From positions 1-64,000 of the IMG/VR virus record IMGVR_UViG_3300028797_000156: a stretch of DNA of 64,000 nt; one strand, given 5' to 3'. The DNA is from a virus. Taxonomy: Duplodnaviria; Caudoviricetes. The notes under the pieces are model-generated. The model was not told where the DNA came from. It saw nothing but the letters and a program-made list of their open reading frames with translations, and did not search any database. A program made the position numbers and the translations under genes. Positions 21,401-29,572 of this stretch are shown here, piece by piece. Position 1 is the first letter of the stretch. Every line of letters starts with the position of its first letter.

Positions 21401-21925
21401 ATGAATGTACATGACAATTTCAACATGAGAATTTGGATTTAATTTATATCCAGTATTAACAAATCCTGTTTCTTCATATTTTGTCCATAAACATTCTTGC
21501 TCTTCATATTCAGCAGGAATACCACTGTGATATACTGGTGGAACTGGAGTTGTATCCATTGTTAAACGGATATCACTCGCTCCTCCTCCGCCACCACCTG
21601 CATCATTTCCAGTAGTTGTAACACCACCGTTACCACCACCATTGAAACCTCCGCGTTTCAATGTATCATCACCGGCAATGTAATCATCACCGTTGCCACC
21701 GACAACAGCATACATAGTTTCTGTTTGATCAGTTTCAAATATACCATATGTAGTACCACCGTATCCCCAACAAGTTGCAGGATCGGTACCACCACCCGCA
21801 CCACCATTGCAAATAAATAAATATTCACCAGGTTCAAGTGTAAATTCACGGGCTTCTCCAGTATATGTGAATGTTTGATCAGCTACCCAGTATCTGTCAT
21901 CATAAGCATATATTGTTCTTCCCAT
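18449..21925 (-). CDS. Glycine-rich tail protein with two tandem Gly-rich modules, each carrying an inserted LamG/ConA-like domain (1158 aa)
   Basis: Two repeats of GG-GG...Y-VVGG-G...GGG-A-DIRLTMD [insert] SRI-VAGG-GG. Inserts carry lectin-like motifs (GFVNTGYK, IYSCKIYENDVLLHDLVPV, HDFVPVIRDSD). Confidence 0.6.
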   Translation of the reverse strand: MGRTIYAYDDRYWVADQTFTYTGEAREFTLEPGEYLFICNGGAGGGTDPATCWGYGGTTYGIFETDQTETMYAVVGGNGDDYIAGDDTLKRGGFNGGGNGGVTTTGNDAGGGGGGASDIRLTMDTTPVPPVYHSGIPAEYEEQECLWTKYEETGFVNTGYKLNPNSHVEIVMYIHGASIESSRTNSWQIPFGARRSSGNADEFYFSYKCSDAHKVCIKTSGHNVYFPDNGPILTTDRKMTITIDAPTQIVSWTDGEITQSLTMQDPMPTSNYPMYLFADNNGSSAGTGSGQDYCWGLQIYSCKIYENDVLLHDLVPVKVAGAGEWDEGAYGMYDIIDQAYHPGVGSASGHRIHGKAFDIPTRTLLSRIIVAGGGGGMAKQYAYGNIKPSYGGGLVAGYTQTSAGAFYSHTDRRPARQDEGYAFGRGEDGYTRTMTPSYGAEGAGGGGGGWYGGYSEAQFNFEKSSINGAGGSSYVLTADSYKPHGYIPTSHYYLNKTAVVPCQTTVGSILICKQTNINVDDTIIVPLTGNATALPLYPGVYDMKCWGGEGGMFLSTGTRYEGGYSEARLTIDDKKTVYGVVGGSGLFQDNHSSENRPFGYWNNQCAYNGGGLAEINRTPSAGMFTMMPFAGGGATDIRLTMDDSPAAPIMPDPDRRQDIPSGYTQLKALSSSSAYFDPGYIIQNTTELHVDCSIIASSYPNYPVLFGVQNDGSAGFAFFPHVIGRAAHWQLNDQYSGIAEANGTKSLPLSTRLTIDTGLTTLTWASDTDGESMTISNSNTIHATNRSISFGADHSGNGYDAVLPTEWYNIRISESGTTVHDFVPVIRDSDDTAGFLDITTNTFYTWNNTRVPLQDSDAGPTKSMMSRILVAGGAGGQGYSSGMPGKGGGTTGGSISGGNGTNAGPGTQTSSPQSASYPDISGGFGYGGKGFLTSGGRGGGGGGGWFGGSGTYPNGSSDNDKGGAGGSGYILTADSYKPEHYIPGEEWYLTNGVTTLGGNTLNPNVTKIEIHVVQALLSKLIIHDSSGYKTFDEDENRWTVFTSGEITPEDIEEYGVYKITSLVGVLDKFNIIANDPDDDIGTASVKYFPNKQTLTVLVPNHLRLNREAIDAIYDDTIYDLTTHTSKYDNEYNAYHITVDKLSDVESDFKLYSIQLFSN

Positions 21926-21936
21926 TATATATCACC

Positions 21937-22329
21937 TCAATCTTGATCTGGTACATAAGGTACATCAGTAGGTGAGTATACAACAACGAATGAATCGTCT
22001 GGAAGTGCATTGATTTCACGCTGAGTTGGGTTGTGGTCGAAGGTAACAATTTCAGATTCGAATCCGACAAGTTTCAAATCACCATTACGTTTATCATCTT
22101 CAACTGTTACTGAGATATACTGAGATGGTAAAACTCGATAAACTGTTTCTGAACCAGGATCAACCAACAAAGTATTTCTCTTGTATGTTTTACCAGATTC
22201 ATAGTCAGCTATCGAAGCATTTCCCGCTCCACCAGCACCGATCTCAAGCTGCTCTAATTTTTCTGCAATGTTCTTTAATAATGTATTTTGATTACGAATA
22301 ATCGTAAGTAATGCTGTAAACACATTCAT
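21937..22329 (-). CDS. Hypothetical virion/tail protein (130 aa)
   Basis: RBS AGAGGTG; N-terminal coiled-coil followed by a DYESGKTY short motif. Confidence 0.5.
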   Translation of the reverse strand: MNVFTALLTIIRNQNTLLKNIAEKLEQLEIGAGGAGNASIADYESGKTYKRNTLLVDPGSETVYRVLPSQYISVTVEDDKRNGDLKLVGFESEIVTFDHNPTQREINALPDDSFVVVYSPTDVPYVPDQD

Positions 22330-22346
22330 TTATATCACCTCTTTCA

Positions 22347-22550
22347 TTAAGATCCTTCTTGTTCAGCTAACCACTCATCAATTCGGTTCTCGATTCGTGT
22401 AAGCTGATCATTATTGTCTGACAGATAGGCTAATGTTTCAGCCATTTCTTCTTCCAGCTTCTTTAAAACGAAATCCCATGTGATGAGGTCGACTGTATCA
22501 CCATCAGGGAGTTCAAAAGTAACTGGGATTGTATTATCTCTAGCAGCCAT
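22347..22550 (-). CDS. Hypothetical protein (67 aa), first gene of the tail operon
   Basis: AAAGGAG RBS; preceded by AACG-N6-TA. Confidence 0.55.
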   Translation of the reverse strand: MAARDNTIPVTFELPDGDTVDLITWDFVLKKLEEEMAETLAYLSDNNDQLTRIENRIDEWLAEQEGS

Positions 22551-22575
22551 AGATAAGACTCCTTTCTATTAAGTT

Positions 22576-22587
22576 TAATGAAGCGTT
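22576..22587 (-). promoter_or_regulatory. Putative late promoter AACG-N6-TA
   Basis: AACGCTTCATTA upstream of the tail operon. Confidence 0.45.
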
Positions 22588-22649
22588 CATTGTATAAATA
22601 AAAGTACACAAGCATTTTTACACAAGAGAAACCGATGCAAATCACCAAC

Positions 22650-22674
22650 TATTAACCAGAATTTCTGGTTAATA
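22650..22674. promoter_or_regulatory. 25-bp palindrome between divergent operons (possible operator)
   Basis: TATTAACCAGAA-T-TTCTGGTTAATA; flanking genes diverge, so a terminator role is unlikely. Confidence 0.4.
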
Positions 22675-22703
22675 AATCCAGTAAAAAAGGGGTACTAAAA
22701 ACA

Positions 22704-25207
22704 ATGAAAAACCTAGCTTATGGAGCTTCATATATGAATGATGAGAAGCTCAAAAACGTTATACAGAAGAGAAATGGGGATATCGTTTCTTTCGATGAAT
22801 CTAAGATAAAAAATGCAATTACCAAAGCAAATAACAAGATGAAACACCGCAATGACAAGCTCACAATCCAAGAACTCGACGACATCGTTGCATTCATCGT
22901 ACAGATCTATGAAAAAACATCAGCAACAACGACGGTCACAGTTGAATTCATTCAGGATGAAATTGAACGTGAACTTGTACGTCGCAACAAGTATCCTTTG
23001 GCAAAAGAGTACATGACATATCGTGCTCATCGTGCTCTTGCTCGTAAAAAGAATACAACAGATGAAATCATTCTTCAGTTGGTAAAAAATGAAAACAAAG
23101 AACTCATGGAAGAAAACTCCAATAAGAATACGATGCTCGCATCAACACAGCGTGATTACATCGCGGGTGAAGTATCACGTGATATATCAACACGTTTATT
23201 ACTTCCTGAGAGAATCGTAAAGGCTCATAAAGAGGGTATACTTCATTTCCATGATCTTGATTACTTTGTACAGCCGATCTTCAACTGTTGTCTCATCAAT
23301 ATCGGAGATATGTTGGATAATGGTACAGTAATGAATGGAAAGAAGATCGATTCACCAAAAACATTTCAGGTTGCATGTACAGTAACAACACAGATTATCG
23401 CAGCTATTGCATCAAACCAGTATGGTGGTCAGTCTGTTAATGTAAAGCATCTTGGCAAGTATCTCCGTAAATCAAAAGAAAAATACGAAAGAGAATTAAG
23501 TCCATTATTTAATATGGATGATCCAAAAGAAAAACAAAAGTTTGATGATATCGTTGATATTAGATTACATGATGAACTCCAAGCAGGTGTTCAGACAATC
23601 CAGTATCAGATTAATACATTAATGACAACAAATGGTCAAGCTCCATTCGTTACATTATTCTTGCATCTTGATCCAGAAGATGAATATCTTGAAGAAACAG
23701 CAATGATTATCCAGGAAATACTCGTTCAAAGAATTCAAGGTATCAAGAATGAATCAGATGTATACGTAACACCGGCATTTCCAAAACTTATTTATGTTCT
23801 GGATGAACATAATAATCTTTCCGGTGGAAAATATGATTATATAACTGAAACGGCAATCTCTTGTTCAATCAAGAGAATGTATCCAGATTATATCTCCGCA
23901 AAGAAGATGCGTGAGAATTATGAAGGTAACGTGTTCAGTTGCATGGGTAAGTGTAAATGTAGCATCATGTAAAACCTTTTGAACCATTGCTCGTGGGTGT
24001 AACAATTAAAAGTTGTTGCTAACGGTTAGGACTCTTTGGGGTGGAAGCCATTGTAGTTGAGACCGTGCCAAGTCCGAAAGGAAAGGTGTATCGACTATCC
24101 CTGATGAATGTATGGGAGTAGGGACAGGAATTGAGCACTGTCGATGTGTTAAGGAAACCAAGCATCTGAGAACCGAAGCGGAAGGCTACTCTTATTATAT
24201 AATAAGAAAGAAGATATAGTCAGTGCCTATGGTGACATAGGAAGAACACGTGCAGATCATTCTTATCAATTTGGAAGGATGAGAATGGTATTCCAAAGTT
24301 TGAAGGTAGATTCAATCAGGGTGTAGTATCACTCAATTTACCTCAAATTGCATTATTATCAGAAAAATCAGAAAAGACTTTCTGGAGATTACTGGATGAA
24401 CGTCTTGAACTTTGCTTTGAAGCATTAATGTGCAGACATAAAGCTCTTGAAGGAACTCCTTCAGATATATCTCCAATTCATTGGCAATATGGCGGTATCG
24501 CCAGATTAAATAAGGGAGAAAAGATTGATAAACTTCTCCATGATGGATATTCAACTATCTCACTTGGTTACATCGGTATTTACGAAACAACCAAGATCAT
24601 GACAGGAGTATCACATACTGATCCAGAAGGAACAGAATTTGCATTAAGAGTAATGCACCATCTCAGAGAAACAACAGACAGATGGAAGAAGGAAACAGGA
24701 TTAGGGTTCGGTTTATACGGAACTCCTGCAGAATCTCTATGCTACCGCTTCGCTGAAATCGATAAAAAGAAATTCGGAAGCATTCCAGATATCACAGACA
24801 AGGGTTATTATACTAACTCATATCATGTTGATGTTCGTGAACATATCGATGCTTTTGAAAAGCTTAAGTTTGAATCACAGTTCCAGCAGATATCATCCGG
24901 TGGAGCTATTTCATACATCGAAGTACCAAATATGTCTCACAACAAAGAAGCTATGAGAACTGTAGTAAAATTTATTTACGACAACATTCAGTATGCAGAA
25001 TTCAACACAAAGTCAGATTACTGTCACAAGTGTGGATTCGATGGGGAAATACTATTAGATGATAACAATGAATGGTATTGTCCTCAGTGTGGTAACAAAG
25101 ACAAAAACTTCCTAACAGTTACCCGTCGTACATGTGGATACCTAGGAGCTAATTTCTGGAATGTTGGTAAAACGAAAGAAATTAAACAGAGAGTATTACA
25201 CTTATAA
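22704..25207 (+). CDS. nrdD: Class III anaerobic ribonucleotide reductase; exons 22704-23948 and 24251-25207 (alternative start 22734)
   Basis: N-terminal ATP cone (IQKRNGDIVSFDESKI). Splicing restores MG|CRSFL and gives GRFNQGVVSLNLPQIA, YGTPAESL, a C-terminal Zn site (CHKC...CPQC) and the glycyl-radical motif RRTCGYLG. Confidence 0.95.
23949..24250 (+). mobile_element. Group I intron, 302 nt, no internal ORF (IA-like)
   Basis: Exon 1 ends in U (GGT) and the intron ends in G. P4 AACGGT/ACCGTG; P6 with GAAA loop; P7 GACTA (24093-97) pairs with AAGATATAGTC (24211-21); P8 palindrome at 24190-24207; P9 CCTATG-GTGA-CATAGG; extra segment between P7 and P3'. Removal restores the reading frame. Confidence 0.93.
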
Positions 25208-25219
25208 TAGGAGAAAATA

Positions 25220-25366
25220 ATGTTATCTTCATATTATGCAACAACGAATTCATTTCTACCATTCAATTATGCTGGATGGTGGTTTACTAAATCAAAACAA
25301 TATGAAATGAATACTACATCATCTAAGTATACATTAGATGGAACTCCAATATATTCATGGTATTAA
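25220..25366 (+). CDS. Small hypothetical protein (48 aa; absent from the ORF track)
   Basis: AGGAG RBS, ATG at 25220, TAA at 25364-66 directly followed by the RBS of the next gene: MLSSYYATTNSFLPFNYAGWWFTK...YSWY. Confidence 0.55.
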   Translation: MLSSYYATTNSFLPFNYAGWWFTKSKQYEMNTTSSKYTLDGTPIYSWY

Positions 25367-25381
25367 GGAGGTTTGATAAAT

Positions 25382-25768
25382 ATGCAACTTGAAGATGATG
25401 AAGAAATAAAACCAGTACAAGGATTCACTGGATACTTTATAACATCCAAAGGAAGATTATTGACTGATATACCTGATTCATGTAGACAATTTACCCCAGA
25501 TTATACTCCAGAAGAGGATCTTCATGAAGTAAAAACACGTTTAAATGATGGGTATAAAGCAGTCAATATGAAATCTGAATCCGGTATAAAGAGCAGATTC
25601 ATTCATCAGTTAGTGGGTAATGAGTTTGTACCAAACCCACGACATTACAGATGCTTGACTCATTTAGATCGCGATAAAATGAATAATTCCGCGGATAATC
25701 TAAAATGGGCAAGTAACTACGCAGTCAACAGGAATTCTCCAGATAGGAGTTTAACTGAAGACGATTAA
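25382..25768 (+). CDS. Free-standing NUMOD4-HNH endonuclease
   Basis: NUMOD4-like IKPVQGFTGYFITSKGRL and HNH-like IHQLVG...THLDRDKMNN...NLKW. Start placed at 25382 after GGAGG. Confidence 0.8.
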   Translation: MQLEDDEEIKPVQGFTGYFITSKGRLLTDIPDSCRQFTPDYTPEEDLHEVKTRLNDGYKAVNMKSESGIKSRFIHQLVGNEFVPNPRHYRCLTHLDRDKMNNSADNLKWASNYAVNRNSPDRSLTEDD

Positions 25769-25790
25769 TATGATAAAAGGGGGAATTTAA

Positions 25791-26354
25791 TTGAATATAT
25801 GCCAAATCAGGACTCATGATGTTGCGGATGGTCCAGGTGTCAGAGTAGCAGTATATGTTTCTGGATGTGAATTTTATTGTCCAGAATGCCATAATAAAGA
25901 AGCATGGGACTTCAATTACGGGGAAAAATATAGTTTATCCAGTGAAACAAAAATCATGGATGCTATCTGTAAGGAACATATTTCTGGGTTAAGCATTCTT
26001 GGTGGTGAACCATTACACCCAAGAAATGTTGAAATGGTTCTGGATATATGTCGTTTAATACGACTTAAATTCTACCGTGAAGACAGATCAATTTGGATCT
26101 GGACAGGATATACTGCTGAAGAGTTATTGGCATTACTCTCTGAAAATGACACCAAACATCGATTAACTTTATCTGATCACGTTCGTGCGTTACACGAAAT
26201 ACTTTATCTTGCAGACGTAATCGTCGAAGGAAGATATGAAAAAGATAAAAAAGACCTAAGATTGAAATTCCGAGGATCTACCAACCAACGAATTATCAAG
26301 TCGCGTGAATTATTGGATAAAAAAATTGTAATCATCCCAGATGATGAGATATAA
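25791..26354 (+). CDS. nrdG: Anaerobic RNR activating radical-SAM protein
   Basis: DGPGVRVAVYVSGCEFYCPECHN (CxxxCxxC), GLSILGGEPL, FRGSTNQRII. Confidence 0.95.
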   Translation: MNICQIRTHDVADGPGVRVAVYVSGCEFYCPECHNKEAWDFNYGEKYSLSSETKIMDAICKEHISGLSILGGEPLHPRNVEMVLDICRLIRLKFYREDRSIWIWTGYTAEELLALLSENDTKHRLTLSDHVRALHEILYLADVIVEGRYEKDKKDLRLKFRGSTNQRIIKSRELLDKKIVIIPDDEI

Positions 26355-26371
26355 AAAATTATAAATGCATT

Positions 26372-26393
26372 GGACCACCCGTGCGGGTGGTCC
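26372..26393. terminator. Bidirectional terminator
   Basis: GGACCACCC-gtgc-GGGTGGTCC between convergent genes. Confidence 0.8.
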
Positions 26394-26425
26394 TTTGCTA
26401 ATATATTGCGTTTCTTTTGTTCTGT

Positions 26426-26893
26426 TTATTTGATTATATCCACGATATCCACGCGAAATTCCGGAGCACACCATTCATCATTTTCATCTAACCCAGCATA
26501 CCAGAACGTTACTCGATAAAGAGTGTCCGGGAGAGCTTCGAAATTATTACTGCTTACTGCAGCATACACTGCTTTATCATTAGAATCAACTAAGCTATAT
26601 TTAGATCTGCTGCTGAAGCCATCATTGATTCTGATATAAGGCCAATGTAAGCTGTTGTCTATGGCTCTTATAAGTTCATTTTTACTAACTATTACTGTAC
26701 CGGTTTTGCATTCATATAAACCTTCATATTCCGTTATTCCATATTGATTGATTATGTCATCTGGGTGTGGTTCAATTTCATAGTTCCATAAAATAGCTGG
26801 AATTCCCCATCCTTCTTTTGCTTTCTTGATGTTGATGAATCGGTTTTTTCCACTTGTGTCTCTCTTTACTATTACTGCATTATTCTTTGTCAT
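26426..26893 (-). CDS. Hypothetical protein
   Basis: ORF track (26426-26932); start moved to the ATG at 26893 behind AAAGGA. Confidence 0.6.
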   Translation of the reverse strand: MTKNNAVIVKRDTSGKNRFINIKKAKEGWGIPAILWNYEIEPHPDDIINQYGITEYEGLYECKTGTVIVSKNELIRAIDNSLHWPYIRINDGFSSRSKYSLVDSNDKAVYAAVSSNNFEALPDTLYRVTFWYAGLDENDEWCAPEFRVDIVDIIK

Positions 26894-27002
26894 AATAATC
26901 TTTCCTTTCATCTTATCAATTGATTTATCCATTTTAATCTTTTGAATGTAATCATATTATAAAGGCTATAAGCCCATATACCCAGAGCATTTTTATCACC
27001 CC

Positions 27003-27383
27003 TTAATCATCATGTGCTATTAATATTACTACCAGTAATATTATAACTAAAGCGTTTAATAATATTCTAATGGTACTACCAGTCATGCCTGGTAAAACTT
27101 CACATAACAATGTGATGATAACCGTGGATATCGTTACCACCAACATATCATTGATATGCAACTTTCTTTTCTTTTTGTCATCCTTAATCTGATATATTCG
27201 TGTATCTCCACACACAGGACAGTATGTTCTGTATGTTGGTGTAGGGAATTCTACAGGATCATCATTCCTCCACAGAAATTCAACATCAGTCGGAGCCGCC
27301 ATGAAGATAGTATGACAACAGCCACACTCAGTGAGATATCCTTTCTTGAGTTTCATTCCTTTGCCATATTTAATTATCTTCAT
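27003..27383 (-). CDS. Zn-ribbon plus membrane-anchor protein
   Basis: CGCC...CPVC followed by two hydrophobic helices. Confidence 0.6.
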   Translation of the reverse strand: MKIIKYGKGMKLKKGYLTECGCCHTIFMAAPTDVEFLWRNDDPVEFPTPTYRTYCPVCGDTRIYQIKDDKKKRKLHINDMLVVTISTVIITLLCEVLPGMTGSTIRILLNALVIILLVVILIAHDD

Positions 27384-27798
27384 TAGTATTCTCTCCTTTA
27401 GTTAATGCTTTAAGCTCTTTTAATTCTAGCTTGGCTTCTTTTAGTTCTTTTTCAAGCCGAGTAATTTTATCAATTGCGGCTTTTACCGCCGGACTAGAAA
27501 AGTAATACCTGACATAATAATCATGTATTAATTGTTTACCGGTTTTGGATTTTACCTGCTGGTCAACAGTCTCAATGAATTTATAAATAAATTCATTTAT
27601 TGTGGGGATCTGTCTAAATGGATCATCTTCATATTTACTGTCGAAAAATTTATCCATTGTTTCTATATGAATTTGTATATTGACTATATTCCCCGGGGAT
27701 AATAGTTTTTCTAAAATATAATATGTTCTATATTTTTTAAACATATTATGTTTCTTTTTATAATATTCATATTTTTCTTTTGCTTCATTATTAGTCAT
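27370..27798 (-). CDS. Hypothetical protein with C-terminal coiled coil
   Basis: GGAGGT RBS; directly downstream of a TATATTATT motif. Confidence 0.65.
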   Translation of the reverse strand: MTNNEAKEKYEYYKKKHNMFKKYRTYYILEKLLSPGNIVNIQIHIETMDKFFDSKYEDDPFRQIPTINEFIYKFIETVDQQVKSKTGKQLIHDYYVRYYFSSPAVKAAIDKITRLEKELKEAKLELKELKALTKGENTNEDN

Positions 27799-27826
27799 AA
27801 TTTATACCTCCTTAATATGCACATTA

Positions 27827-27845
27827 ATAATATACATATAGAATT
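27827..27845 (-). promoter_or_regulatory. Putative early (virion-RNAP) promoter
   Basis: ATTCTATATGTATATTATT on the minus strand; core resembles the phiKZ early promoter TATATTAC. Confidence 0.7.
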
Positions 27846-27853
27846 TCAAAATA

Positions 27854-28041
27854 AACGCAGATCGAATCTGGGATGAGATCTGCGTTAAATATATAGATAC
27901 AGGGAGTAAAAACCCTGTATCTATATATTTGATGTTCTGCATTAACGCGAATCGCAACGCAGTGGAGATTCGCGTTAATATATAATATATACCAGGAGTA
28001 GTTCTTAACGAACGAAACTCCTGGTATATATTATATATTAA
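27854..28041. repeat. Array of four abutting perfect inverted repeats (stems 10, 18, 13, 25 bp)
   Basis: 27854-27886, 27887-27930, 27941-27979, 27975-28041; arms checked base by base. Confidence 0.9.
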
Positions 28042-28053
28042 TTAGAAAAGAAA

Positions 28054-28077
28054 TCCCACCCCGTAATTGGGGTGGGA
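28054..28077 (-). terminator. Intrinsic terminator
   Basis: TCCCACCCC / GGGGTGGGA stem followed on the minus strand by TTTCTTTTC. Confidence 0.8.
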
Positions 28078-28089
28078 AGTGGAGGGAAA

Positions 28090-28869
28090 TTAATCATCCT
28101 CCTTATCGATATAATAAGCATGGATGAACGATATAAAATCATGAGGCTGTCTTAGAGTTTCTAAGAAGTCTGGTGGTTGATTCTCATCCGCGTCGATGAA
28201 GGTACCATACTTATCGAAGGATAACTCTAAAGAATAAACATTCCACTTGCGGACTTCACCTGACTTGGTGATGATGATACGTATGAAGGTATGATCATCC
28301 GCAAATATTATCTTTAAATCTTCATAAGTCTTAATGTTTGGACCGCCATTACGACGCTTGTCGTCGACCACTAAGAAGCGGTCTTCGCAAACATGTGAAT
28401 CGAACTCATTAAACTCTATACGTTCCTCGTGTTTAAGATAATTGGTGATGTTATTAACATTATTAATGATATCTTCATACTTTCTTAATATGATGGAGAA
28501 ATCATCTTTATGTTTGTATTTATCATACATTTCCCACCGGCTGAATAGATTATCCATCATTGGTGTATAAAGAGATACATCATAGAAGTAGATGATATCA
28601 TCCTGTGGTGGGCCGATGAGATTGAAGTAACTGTTGAATGTTGTGAACTCACACGTCACCGCAACGAGGTTGTTGATGAACGTGAGAGATGGTTTACCAT
28701 CGGTATCTGTACGGACTTTGATGTCATGAATGTTGGATAATGAGAATGACTCTTTTGGTATATTATATGTTTCCGTATGGCCATGCGGACCAATGAATTG
28801 GGCTACACTTGTCGAGAGGTTGATTATGACCTCTTCAAACTTACAGAACAATCTCTTTGTACTACTCAT
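28090..28869 (-). CDS. Hypothetical protein, paralog of 30089-30976
   Basis: Start moved to 28869 (RBS GAGGGAG); shares KR-F-K and YEDLK segments with 30089-30976. Confidence 0.65.
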   Translation of the reverse strand: MSSTKRLFCKFEEVIINLSTSVAQFIGPHGHTETYNIPKESFSLSNIHDIKVRTDTDGKPSLTFINNLVAVTCEFTTFNSYFNLIGPPQDDIIYFYDVSLYTPMMDNLFSRWEMYDKYKHKDDFSIILRKYEDIINNVNNITNYLKHEERIEFNEFDSHVCEDRFLVVDDKRRNGGPNIKTYEDLKIIFADDHTFIRIIITKSGEVRKWNVYSLELSFDKYGTFIDADENQPPDFLETLRQPHDFISFIHAYYIDKEDD

Positions 28870-29572
28870 TGGTATTCTCCCTCTGCTGTTCTTCGACATC
28901 ATTCACGAAATCTGCCATCTGAATCGCTGCTCCGCGGGTTGCACCAACTACAAGCGGACGGGATGGTTTAATATCCTTTTCACTTTCCCTCGGTATACGA
29001 TTGATGGTCTTGTCGATATGGTGCTTGATATCTGCTTGTTCCGCTAACTGTTTCGCAAAATCGGATAAATCTTTGTGGACTTTGTAATCATCAAGAATTG
29101 TCTTGGCACGGATATCAATGATGTAATAAATCATTGTGAACATATTTAAAACAATATCGTTATGGGATATTGCCCAGAATGCATCAGGACCGATTGTATC
29201 ATCGATGGAAGGTGTGCCTTCTGGTAATATCTGCTTCATTGAATGTGGATCGAACACATTCATCTGGATGATGCCATTTTCATCCAATGGAATGAACAAA
29301 TGTCCCAGCTCTTTCCAACCATCATCAATCCAACCATTTTCTTTTTCCTTTTCATAAATGGTTATATTTACTTTGGTTGGGTCTGTATCATGTAGATCGA
29401 GTACGTACTTTTCATCAAAATCATACACTCCACTGACATCGATCTGGTGCATTACCTGTGCTGCTGCTATGATGATTGATAATATTAACATATGATCAAT
29501 GTTTATGGATTTATTCAATGATGCATGCTTCATATCAAGCAAGCTCATTCTTGGATATGATTGATTTGTCAT
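28862..29572 (-). CDS. Hypothetical protein, paralog of 29569-30096
   Basis: ORF track; shared LF-P and N-F-M-Y-I--R segments. Confidence 0.65.
   Translation of the reverse strand: MTNQSYPRMSLLDMKHASLNKSINIDHMLILSIIIAAAQVMHQIDVSGVYDFDEKYVLDLHDTDPTKVNITIYEKEKENGWIDDGWKELGHLFIPLDENGIIQMNVFDPHSMKQILPEGTPSIDDTIGPDAFWAISHNDIVLNMFTMIYYIIDIRAKTILDDYKVHKDLSDFAKQLAEQADIKHHIDKTINRIPRESEKDIKPSRPLVVGATRGAAIQMADFVNDVEEQQRENTNE

Noticed and set aside
18449-21925. Eukaryotic receptor tyrosine kinase or collagen
   Set aside because: There is no kinase domain and no Gly-X-Y periodicity; only the glycine-rich extracellular-type module is shared.
22650-22674. NrdR box upstream of nrdD
   Set aside because: The palindrome does not match the acaCwAtATaTwGtg-type consensus.
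22704-25207. nrdD as a frameshifted pseudogene or two-gene split
   Set aside because: The gap is a well-formed group I intron whose removal restores the frame and the catalytic motif.
27854-28077. CRISPR mini-array or tRNA cluster
   Set aside because: No identical direct repeats with unique spacers, and no cloverleaf, T-loop or CCA features.
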